Below the pieces are notes generated by a model that did not search any database, was not told where the DNA came from, and saw only the letters and a list, made by a program, of their open reading frames with translations. A DNA stretch of 60,634 nt, filler included, from Asterionella formosa (Eukaryota): NCBI GenBank assembly GCA_002256025.1. It is 6 parts of 6 records of this genome, joined end to end, with 100 filler letters (N's around TTAATTAATTAA, not from the genome) between each part and the next. Parts side by side here need not be neighbours in the genome. Positions count along the whole stretch, not along the records: positions 40,519 to 50,528 come from NKIB01009966.1; positions 50,629 to 60,634 come from NKIB01009972.1; 4 more parts are not named here. One strand, given 5' to 3'. The position numbers were made by a program, and so were the translations under genes. This document shows, piece after piece, positions 49,252 through 59,229 of this stretch. Positions within the stretch are counted from its first letter, which is position 1; every line of letters begins with the position of its first letter.

Positions 49252-50528
49252 TCATGTGGTTTCGTCAGCAATTGTCGCATCGTGCGACTCCTCAGCTTCC
49301 CCAAGAGCCTCCAATCCCTCGTTCAATTTGCCAAGGGCTTTGATGGCTTCGCCTTTGACATCTGCAGCGACTTGATAATTAATAATGCAAGCCATGATCG
49401 CCCAGCCTTGTTGGTCTCGGATCAACCGAACGAATAGTGCGCCGGTGGAACGATGCACATACTGGCGACCTGGCATGGGTGTGATTTCATTATTGCGATT
49501 TCGTCTGAAGGAAAAGTGGGTCGAATTTTCGACGCAAGACAAAAAGTTGGGCCTCGTCATATGAATCCCATCATCAACAAAATCGTGGTCCAAGAAAAGT
49601 TGGTATAGGCGCTTTGCTATAGATACCTCCCGGATTGTCATGATAGGGGGCGGACGATAAGGACTGAGAAATAAATTTCGAGAGATTGCGGTTTGAGGAA
49701 AACTATGAAGCTTCAATCCATATTGTACGCATCGTCGATGAAGTAACTGTACTTGGGTCTCCACTTTGCTTGAGCTTGCCACGAGCCAGTTGATCATCAA
49801 GCGGTAGGTTCTTGTTGTGTCAAACACAGCATCGAGCGCGATTTCGAGCCACTCGTAGAGGTCATGATTTCCTTTTCGCAGATCGACAATGAATCGCTTC
49901 ATATCCCTTTCTTCAGTCGTACCGTGGCGTGCCGACTGGACGGCTATAAGTGGATCTGGCCGTTCATCGGCGACAGATAATATATGTATCGTAAGTTCTT
50001 CAGGTGCTGCTCCCTTCTTCTCGCGCAGCTTCCCGAGGTACTCTAATAGTCTTTTAAACTTCTCAATGTATGTTTGCTCTGTCAAAGCATCGTTGAATTT
50101 AGGGGGAATCAGGGAAAACATGAGTCGTCGGAATCGCATTCCTGGCTCCAGTGACTTGTTTCGGTCGTCCCCTAGCGTATGATCGACAGCATTCCATTTG
50201 TATAGCTTGGAATATTTCTTGAAGCCTTGGGTCATTGGAGTATAATCCAACGTTGCAGGAGAATACATTAGATATCGGTAGTTAATCACAAGGTTGCCAG
50301 TGTCGTCGCTGTTTAAGTCTCCGTTCCCGAGTTTCGTTGATATCTTCTTGTTGTAGATAGTCACGTCAATCGTGTCAGAATTTGCATTGTATGCAAGAAT
50401 GTGGACTCGGTGACCCATCGAAAGTGTGTGCTGAATTACATTGTCTGGCTCCGAGGCCAGACTCCCCTTAAATATATTTTGGGGGTTAATCATGCCATAA
50501 TTTCTTGGCCCGCTACCGAGGTAGTCGA
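49252..50528 (-). CDS. DEPDC5: GATOR1 subunit DEPDC5/Iml1, C-terminal part (5'-truncated at the contig end)
   Basis: LSMGHRVHIL, YKWNAVD, RFRRLMFSLIP, EWLEI..FD..TYRLMINWLVAS..VQLLHRRCVQYGLKL and QYVHRSTGALFVRL resemble DEPDC5 C-terminal blocks. The frame is open up to the contig edge. Confidence 0.72.
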
Positions 50529-50628
50529 NNNNNNNNNNNNNNNNNNNNNNNNNNNNNNNNNNNNNNNNNNNNTTAATTAATTAANNNNNNNNNNNNNNNN
50601 NNNNNNNNNNNNNNNNNNNNNNNNNNNN
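50529..50628. other. Artificial contig-joining linker
   Basis: N44-TTAATTAATTAA-N44. Confidence 0.98.
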
Positions 50629-50891
50629 CCGCATGGCTGATTCTTTACAGTCATACATTCGAACGAATCGATATATCCATGCATATCTTCGACTCATACG
50701 CACCGACTTTTGCACCTGCAGGTATTGTACCCCCTGGTACTCCGATGCTTAGCTGGCTGGCTGGCTGGCTGCTCCGCGATGTATCCGCACATGTGTACAC
50801 TATCTTAGGCGCAGACGAAGAAAAATCTTTCATCAACGACTGTACTTATGATACAAATTTGTTGAAAACATAATTTCTGTTGGATCCGACC

Positions 50892-53373
50892 ATGGTGTTT
50901 TCGAATCTCTTTGTTGCATCTGAGGATGACCTCAAAAGGAAGATTGTTGATCTGAAAAAGCAGCTTCGAGAAGCTGAAGTGGCGCTAGAAGGCGTCGAAG
51001 GCGATGGCAAGGTTGAACCAAAGGGTTCTGATAACGGCAGCACTGATGTGGACGAGTCAACTCGTACCTTTGGCAAGAACGGAGTATCTTCCTCCATGTC
51101 TGAACTCATTCGTTCTCCTGTTGGTCACCGAGGCTACTTGTTCAAGTGGCAAGATCGTTCGATTGGCTGGGGAGGTACCAAATGGGCCTTACGATTTGTG
51201 TCCCTTCAACAAGGGAAAATTTCCTATTTTAGGTCGCACAATGATACTGAACCTCGCTATGTTTTGAGCTTGAGAGGGTTTGCTGTACGCGACGAGGGCC
51301 TGAAGCTCAACAGTAAACACTCTTCCAAGGGAGGGAAGCATGTGTCTCCTCCTAAAGATGAAGTTGGAGCGTACTTTCATGTCTTTTCCATATATCAGCG
51401 GCTACCTTCAGAACGAAGACGACGTGACCACGACAGGTCTCGTTTCTATGAAGACTCCACGGATTCGGATGAAACAGTAACTGAGGTAGTTCCCTTGTTA
51501 CGCTTCTCGACTCCTTCCCTTGCGGAAAAGACTCAGTGGATCACAAGAATTTCAGAATCTTGTGCTTACTGCGACACCAATGCCTTCCTTGAAGACGAGA
51601 AAGCAGCCATGGTAGAAGCAGAAAATCGCAAGGAACAGCAGATTTCCATGTACAGGGAAATGCCTCAAGCTGCTCGTGGTACGCTTCCACCTCTTTACTT
51701 TGCCCCTGCACCAGTCCCTAATCCGAGTCTCAAGCGAGTCCCATCTGGCATTACCGTCCCAAAATTAGGCTACCGAACAGCATCTGGCAGCATGGATGCA
51801 GAAAAAGTCGATGCTCGGTCCACAAAAGGCTACCCACCATCAAAGCCAATGCATCGCTCAACTGCTCCCTCTTACCTCAGTTCCGAAGCCCCAATGCAAA
51901 ATTATCGTGGCCTCTTCAATCTGGGAATAATCATATTAATTGTCAGCAATGCTCGACTACTTCTGGATACACTCAAGACTCATGGCTCTGTCTTTGATAA
52001 GTTGCCCGACCTTCCCAAGTTTGCAGTATCACATGATCGATGGGGTGAATTTCCGATTATCTCGGGTTTTGCCGTGATGCAGGTCTTTATCATTCTTTCA
52101 TTCTGTTATGAGAAATTGTTGAGTCTAAATTTGATTTCCAATACTTTAGGGATGTTTCTACACTATCTAAATGCACATGGGTGTCTCCTTGTATCGATTT
52201 ATATGGTTTGGAACCACATTGAAAATCCGTTTATTGGTGCATTAGTGCTTTTTTATGGAGTGATAACATGGATGAAGCTTGTGAGCTACCTCTTGGCAAA
52301 CCAAGACTACAGAACATCACCTGACGACACACACAAAGCAACCCTTGCTCTCGTGCATGATTTAGATGCCGAGGGTATCGAAATGGAGTACCCAAAGTAA
52401 GTTTTGAAGACTTTGGCACCCTATCTCTTGATATCTGACTGACCGTTCAAACTTCCATACATCACTACAGCAACGTTACCATTGGGAATATATACTATTT
52501 TTGGCTCGCTCCTACCCTTACCTATCAAATGGCATTCCCCAGAACTCCGCGCATTCGATTCTGGAGGATCGGTAGTCTCATTTTGCAACTCTTTGTCTCG
52601 CTTTCAATAGGAGCATTTATTGTTGCTCAAGTAACCACCCCAAACCTGATTGCCTTAGTCGATGATTTACAGGCCACTAATGGCGTGTATACATTTGAAA
52701 TTCTTACTGAATACGGCTTGAGACTTTCCATCGCGAATACATATTGCTGGCTGTTGATGTTTTACTCATACTTTCATGCATATCTAAATTTGTGGGCTGA
52801 AATTCTCCGCTTTGGAGACCGTGTTTTCTATAAGGATTGGTGGAACTCATCAGAAGTGGGGGCCTACTGGCGGCTTTGGAATGCTCCTGTGCATTATTGG
52901 GTAAGTTTGGTGGTTGCCAGTCATCTCCATGTGGTGCATGCATGCAATATGAATCATTTTCACTCGTACTCACACTATGTCAGCTTGTCAGGCATGTCTA
53001 TTTTCCCTGCGTTAGGAAAGGTATGAGCCGATCTCAAGCAACGTTCACTGTTTTCTTGATATCTGCAATCATGCATGAAGTACTTGTTAGTGTTCCGTTT
53101 CATTTGCTTCGGCCTTGGTCTTTTTTAGGAATGATGGGACAAGTGCCCTTGGCAATAACTACCAAGTACTTGTCTCGTCGCTTCCCTGGATCTTCCATTG
53201 GTAATGTTATTTTTTGGCTCACATTCTGTATCATCGGACAACCAATGGCTATTCTGATGTATACCGCAGACTTTCAATTTCGCAAAAAAGGCATAATAAC
53301 TATTGGGGAGCTTGTAGCCAACCAATGTGTACGTAAGTGGTGGGGAGGGAAAAATTGCTTTGATGAATTGTAA
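50892..53373 (+). CDS. DGAT1: Diacylglycerol O-acyltransferase 1 (MBOAT) with N-terminal PH domain; exons 50892-52396, 52471-52900, 52984-53373
   Basis: PH domain: HRGYLFKW..WALRFVSL..ISYF..EKTQWI. DGAT1: SYLSS..NYRGLFNL, WMKLVSY, APTLTYQ..FPRT, AEILRFGDRVFYKDWWN, WNAPVHYWLVRHVY, SAIMHE, GNVIFW..GQP. Introns 52397-52470 and 52901-52983 are in frame. Confidence 0.95.
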
Positions 53374-53849
53374 TTATAAGCAATAGAAGCATTGATTGAA
53401 ATCGGCGCAAGATTCCTCGGTCCCATCACTGGCAAAAACCTGAAAATTGTTGCATTAGAGAATTAATTCTTGTATCGCTCCTTGCCTTGCTACAGGAGCC
53501 ATCCAAACGAACTTTTAGGTAGTTTAGCATACAGCAGACGGTTGCATTTATTCAGTTCCATATTTAGCCAAAAATTAGGCATAGAATAAGAGAGTGACAG
53601 CACCAGTTGAAGTTGGGTATAGTTCAAATTAGTATTTTGTAGCCCTTTAACGAGAACAGAAGTATTTACTGAGATTGATTATCAGCTGGCATCATTCAGA
53701 TTGATCATACGTTGACTTTGCACTGGAGAATGGAAGTGATGTTTGTAAATTATTACTGGACGGATTTAACGTTTTCCACTGGAGACTTGTATCGTGACAC
53801 ACACGATAATCAAACCTCACTGAATACCCCTTCCGTATAATTAAGCCTA

Positions 53850-56093
53850 TCATGCTATTCGATCACCCCACGCGTAGATTGCCTTTGGTGAGTACATGAA
53901 AGGGGGAGCAACAAATCTCTTCCTTTCCGTGATACAGTCCAAAGCCTTCATAGACGATGTATTTAACAGCGACGACCCACTTTCCAAAAGAGAAGCGACT
54001 TCATCCAAATGATTCTTTGAAGCACACTTGGGAATGACAGCAACACCATGTAATAAATTCCATTGAAGAATCACCTGAGCGGTTGTTAAGTTATTCGACC
54101 TGGCAACTTCTTTAATAGTTTCATGTTCCAGCAATTGGGAATTGCCCTGTCCTAACGGAGTATGAGCTTGTAGGAGGATATCATGAGTGCAACAAAAATC
54201 AAAAAGATCCCATTGAGGTAGCATTGGATGACGCTCAACCTGATTTATCGATGGCCGAATAGAGCAAATAGATAATAATTGACGCAAGGCGTCAATATTG
54301 AAGTTGCAGACTCCGATAGAACTGACTTGTCCTTCCTTGACAAGATTTTCCATTTCTTGCCAGACTTCCGTTAAAGTGCCTGCAGCCATGACGTCGCTTG
54401 GCCAATGCAAAAGGAGGAGATCAGCTTTGCAACGACAAAGGTTGGACAGACTAGCAGAAAGCTCCTTGCGAACATCTGCTGGTTGTACAGCTCGTTTGGG
54501 CACTTTGATGATGACAAAAGTGTCCTCCTTGAGATATGTGCCAATTTCGGCTTCATTATTGTATGTAGGAGACGTATCGACAGCATTCAAACCACTTCTT
54601 ATCGCCATAGATATTGTATCTTTCGCAATGCGTTTTCCAATTTTCATTGTTCCCAATGTAATTGACGGCATTTCAACATGAGGTGCGAGTAAAAATGATT
54701 TCGGGAGTGATCGAATTGAATTATTATTATCAGACACCATTTGGTACAATGCAGCAAGTCTAGCCACTCCCTCATCTGATCGAGCTACACAAACAAAATC
54801 CAGTCCCTCTTTATACGAAGGAACCACCACTCTTCCAAGTGATATTGCAGCAATTCGAGCACCCTTTTCACCCTCCACACCTGCTGGGTGGTTCGTTCGT
54901 GTTTTGACTCTCTGGAGCACAACTTCCTTTGGAGGCTGCAAGAGGAGCGCATGGACAGGAGTTCCCGCTTGCTTTGCCACGTTGATGAAAAACGACCGTT
55001 GCTCTTCATCCAAGTGCATTCGATCCACAACGACTGATTTGCCTTGCTGTAGGTTCAACATGGCCTGGGTTTCGACTTGTTCTCGCTTGCCTGGTTTTCC
55101 GTTGTTGATTGTGTCCTGGCTCAAATGCAACCATTTCTCAGGAGAGCCGTTCAGCAGCTTGTGACAGAAAGTGGTTTTGCCAGATCCCTGTACACCACAA
55201 AGAATTAAGAGAATGGTCCCACGGAGATACCCTCCACTCAATGCTGCTGTGATTAATAAAGAATTCTTGGGTGGACTCTCAAACTTGGCCATTTCACCAG
55301 AACATTTGCGTCGGCTTGCAGTGGATGGCCCAAAGTACTCGTCTGGCGTATAAAAGCTCAAGGTTGTCCCCTTCATTTGTCCGACATTTTTGGCAAACTT
55401 ACTATCAACTCCACCTTGAGGATCCTCTGGGTTGTCTTCAATGGAGTCTCCAACATAGAATGAATCTTTAATGTTAAACTGGACTCCTCCATTTAATTGT
55501 TGTTCTATAACAGTCCACAAGTCTTTGCTCGGCTTGTGAAAGCCTGCTTTGCTATTGGTGCTTATAATGGCATGGAGTGGTCTATGGAGCTGACTCTCAA
55601 TCCATTCAATGATTGTCTTGACTCGTGTTGCATTCTTGCCAGTGAATGCCTTTCGAATGGCACCTTGGTTGGTGATGAGTACTAATTTGTATCCCTCCTC
55701 GTACCGCTGCTGGAGCGTGGCAAAGACAGACGCATTCCATAGTTCGTAATGTTCCAGTTGGCTAGGCCACAATGACGATGACCTCCATACCAAAAGCGTC
55801 CCATCGAGATCGAATGCAGCCACTTTGTCGCGAGGTCTGTCCTTTTGTGCGTGACGAAGAAGCAGGCAATCTAAATGAGTTCTCCAAGAAGTGGTAATAG
55901 GAGTCGGAGCTGGAATGATTGGATCCAGCAAATTTGGATGGATTGGGGGAGTTTGGCTGGTCTCGTTCCCTTCATTCGTTGCGCCCACCGGTACTACTTT
56001 TGGCTTGTTACTTCCAAAGAAAGAAGTAAGGGAGCTCTGTTTCTGTTGCTGTGTGCTGGATGCTTCTAGCTTTGGTCGTTTGGCCGCTGACAT
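53850..56093 (-). CDS. Polynucleotide kinase/3'-phosphatase (PNKP-like) fused to a C-terminal aldo-keto reductase; N-terminal NLS and PIP box
   Basis: 747-aa intronless ORF. KRPK; QSSLTSFF; AAFDLDGTL, ITNQGAI, KP and FYVGD..D.KFAKNVG..FYTPDEYF; CGVQGSGKTT, SQD and VVVDR; LGT, VDTSPTYNNE, K, LLLHWP, IGVCNF, NQVERHP, AHTPLG, AQVILQW and VIPK. Confidence 0.9.
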   Translation of the reverse strand: MSAAKRPKLEASSTQQQKQSSLTSFFGSNKPKVVPVGATNEGNETSQTPPIHPNLLDPIIPAPTPITTSWRTHLDCLLLRHAQKDRPRDKVAAFDLDGTLLVWRSSSLWPSQLEHYELWNASVFATLQQRYEEGYKLVLITNQGAIRKAFTGKNATRVKTIIEWIESQLHRPLHAIISTNSKAGFHKPSKDLWTVIEQQLNGGVQFNIKDSFYVGDSIEDNPEDPQGGVDSKFAKNVGQMKGTTLSFYTPDEYFGPSTASRRKCSGEMAKFESPPKNSLLITAALSGGYLRGTILLILCGVQGSGKTTFCHKLLNGSPEKWLHLSQDTINNGKPGKREQVETQAMLNLQQGKSVVVDRMHLDEEQRSFFINVAKQAGTPVHALLLQPPKEVVLQRVKTRTNHPAGVEGEKGARIAAISLGRVVVPSYKEGLDFVCVARSDEGVARLAALYQMVSDNNNSIRSLPKSFLLAPHVEMPSITLGTMKIGKRIAKDTISMAIRSGLNAVDTSPTYNNEAEIGTYLKEDTFVIIKVPKRAVQPADVRKELSASLSNLCRCKADLLLLHWPSDVMAAGTLTEVWQEMENLVKEGQVSSIGVCNFNIDALRQLLSICSIRPSINQVERHPMLPQWDLFDFCCTHDILLQAHTPLGQGNSQLLEHETIKEVARSNNLTTAQVILQWNLLHGVAVIPKCASKNHLDEVASLLESGSSLLNTSSMKALDCITERKRFVAPPFMYSPKAIYAWGDRIA

Positions 56094-56935
56094 GCTGTTG
56101 ATGTTTGTTGCAGTGCTTTATACCAGGGCTGCTGATATCGACATGTTGTGATGGTCCCCCAAATATTGTATTATGATAACCGTCATACAGTCATGTTTAT
56201 TAATATTATTATTATCGACAGAGAGCGATCTACCGTACGCACCGCGGTAAATCATTGATGGAATGATTTTGATGAAGAATTTTATGTACGGTTGATTCTT
56301 ATAGAAATATACTGGTATGATTGATACCCGGTCGTAAGTACCGGTATGTTTAATCGCTACCATCAGGTTCCTGCTATGCAAGCTGCGGTGATTGTGTTGA
56401 AACAAAAGGTTTAGCTACCGGTATCTTTGTCCCATATTAATTGCTTTTTTAAGCTACCGGTAAAGGACTGCAACTTGCTGCCAACAGGATCTCAATGGGT
56501 CATGGCAGTTTTTTACTGGTACCTGTATATACCCTGTATTGCTCATACAGTAGTAGGTCATGGCTAGTCCAAGAATTTATCAACACTAAAATACCTTATC
56601 TGAATCATATATACTATTTTGCTATGGAGCATTCATAATAATTATTCTGAGTATCTTTTGTCTGCATGGTTCTATTGTGATATCGTCCAATTCTAAATAT
56701 TAAAATTACTGTGCCTACCGGTATATATTATCATACCAGTAGAGAAATAAAATTCACAAAATAAAATCCAAGCCGTGTCGGAAGTTTTTCGTCGCTCACT
56801 TTCTCCTTTGTGAATACGAACAACAACTCACGCCACGACCTAATCGACAATCACTTTACAGGATACATTAGTCTGAAACGAGTAGCTCGTGCTGCCTCTA
56901 ATTACTGCACTACACCATTCTAACACTACCGAACG

Positions 56936-59229
56936 ATGCTCACTGCCTCTTGCGAAAACATGATTGACGACCACGACGAAGAAAACCACCACGGAGAAAC
57001 GTCCGCCTACTTCCGTTCCATGTCAACTGGTCATGATCTCAACAAGCCAATCAAGCCTAACTTGAGACGTGCTGGAACACGACGATTCTCGATCCTCATG
57101 TCAACTGCAGATCACTTTCAAGACAAGGCAGACGGGAAGTTCTACGGACCCTACGCTCACATTCGCAAGCAATTGGACTACACGTACCACAGTCACTACC
57201 AAAAGGAACGACAATGGATGCAAGACAGTATCATTGAAGAGTTCCTGGAAAACGTACAAAGCACCGACGTGTGCACCACTCCTACCGAGCCTTGGCTCAT
57301 TTACACTGTCGGAGCGCCGGGGGCTGGCAAGATACACACACTCATGACGTTGGTCAGGGACAGGAAACTTCCACTTTTGAGCTTTGTGTTGATTGATCCG
57401 GACGCGATTCGTCGACGTCTTCCGGAGTTTCAGTCTTTTGTTCAAAAGTGCCCAGACAAGGTGGATGCTTTGACCAGTAGAGAAGCAGGATACATTGTGG
57501 AAATTCTCACGTTGGCCGCCGTGCAGAGTGGTAAGAATGTCGTGTTGGATGGATGTTTGCAGTCCACCGAGTGGCATGGAGAATTTTTCGATTCGTTGAA
57601 GATTGACAACAATAAATTGAAAATTGGGATGCTTCACATTACGGCTCCACGAGACACAATCTTGCAACGTGCACTGGTAAGCTATTATTACAAGGGCTAC
57701 ACACAAAACGTGTGCTCATCTTGGGAATTGTTGGGCTTTCTCGTTTTCGATTGATTTATTTGTTCAATGCTCACCAATTCAAATCTACGAATAGGAGGTT
57801 GCCATTTACACCGGTCGTATCATTCCCGTCAATGTCATTGACCAGATTTTGGAGCAAATCCCCAAGTCGATTGTCGACATTGAGGATACCATTGATTACT
57901 TTTGCGACTTTTCCAATAATGGAGATGAGATCAAAATAACAACCAAAGGCCAATCATGGGAATCGCTATATCAAACATTTTTACAAACATGCGCATGGTT
58001 CCCTGGACAGAAAAAGGGTCAGCTTGGACAGTTGGCTACAGAAGCTGGAAGGAAGGAAGCCCTTGATGCTGCGTTGAAGGCGGCTCCATCCATCATAGAC
58101 AAGGGACTACAAAACAACAAACAGAAGCGATTTTCCGTTCTCATCAGTTCCGAAGAAAATCATAAAACGAACAACACTGAATTTTATGGTGCTTTCTCAC
58201 ACATTCGTTCAACACTGGACTACACTTATCATGCGCATTACACACGTGAGCGTCAATCTCTTCAAGATGCCATTATTAAGGACATGCTGAACTCGGCTGT
58301 TATCAAAGATGTAAATGGTGATGTATGCACTACTCCAACCGAACCTTGGATTGTCTTTACAGCGGGAGCCATGGGCGCTGGAAAGTCGTACACCATGAAC
58401 AAACTGGTCGAAGAAGGACGATTTCCATTACTAGCATTTGTCTTGGTTGACCCAGACGAGATCCGTCGTCATCTTCCGGAGTTTCATTTATATGTTGACC
58501 AATCTCCTGAATTGGCAGGGGAGTTAACGAGAAAGGAGGCCGGTTTCATTTCTGAAATATTAACACTAGCTGGTCTNNNNNNNNNNNNNNNNNNNNNNNN
58601 NNNNNNNNNNNNNNNNNNNNNNNNNNNNNNNNNNNNNNNNNNNNNNNNNNNNNNNNNNNNNNNNNNNNNNNNNNNNNNNNNNNNNNNNNNNNNNNNNNNN
58701 NNNNNNNNNNNNNNNNNNNNNNNNNNNNNNNNNNNNNNNNNNNNNNNNNNNNNNNNNNNNNNNNNNNNNNNNNNNNNNNNNNNNNNNNNNNNNNNNNNNN
58801 NNNNNNNNNNNNNNNNNNNNNNNNNNNNNNNNNNNNNNNNNNNNNNNNNNNNNNNNNNNNNNNNNNNNNNNNNNNNNNNNNNNNNNNNNNNNNNNNNNNN
58901 NNNNNNNNNNNNNNNNNNNNNNNNNNNNNNNNNNNNNNNNNNNNNNNNNNNNNNNNNNNNNNNNNNNNNNNNNNNNNNNNNNNNNATTGGCATTGGATCA
59001 AGTGCCACGATCTGTAAAAATCCTGGGACCTCTTGTCACCTACTTTTGCGAACTAAACAATGCTCCAGGTGCACCAGATATTGAATTGATGACGGATACT
59101 GAAACCTGGGAATCATTTGAGAGGAATTGGCATCAAACCTGTGCTTGGGTGCCATCGCGACGTAAATTCCTCAGGCCATCCAAGGGAAATGACCCAAAAC
59201 TAGCGCTGGGAGGAAAAAAGGTGTATTAA
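56936..59229 (+). CDS. Protein with two tandem zeta-toxin-like P-loop kinase domains; intron 57677-57794; N-gap 58577-58985
   Basis: Internal duplication: RRFSIL..FYG..HIR..LDYTYH.HY..ERQ..QD.II..DVCTTPTEPW..GAPGAGK / GAMGAGKS..FVL.DPD.IRR.LPEF..LT..EAG.I.EILTLA..QTCAW.P occurs twice. The intron joins QRAL|EVAIYTGR in frame. Confidence 0.82.

Noticed and set aside
10039..50628. Regularly spaced TTAATTAATTAA palindromes every ~10.1 kb
   Set aside because: Artificial six-frame-stop linker inside N runs. The spacing reflects length-sorted contigs (10038, 10035, 10030, 10015, 10010, 10006 nt).
10747..57953. Numerous 60-200 aa ORFs overlapping the called genes
   Set aside because: Antisense or alternative-frame shadows of real CDSs with no independent motifs.
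53850..59229. Bacterial toxin-antitoxin or Pnkp/Hen1 RNA-repair defence island (contaminant)
   Set aside because: The zeta-like gene and neighbouring DGAT1 have spliceosomal introns, PNKP has eukaryotic NLS/PIP motifs, and no antitoxin, ligase or Hen1 is present.
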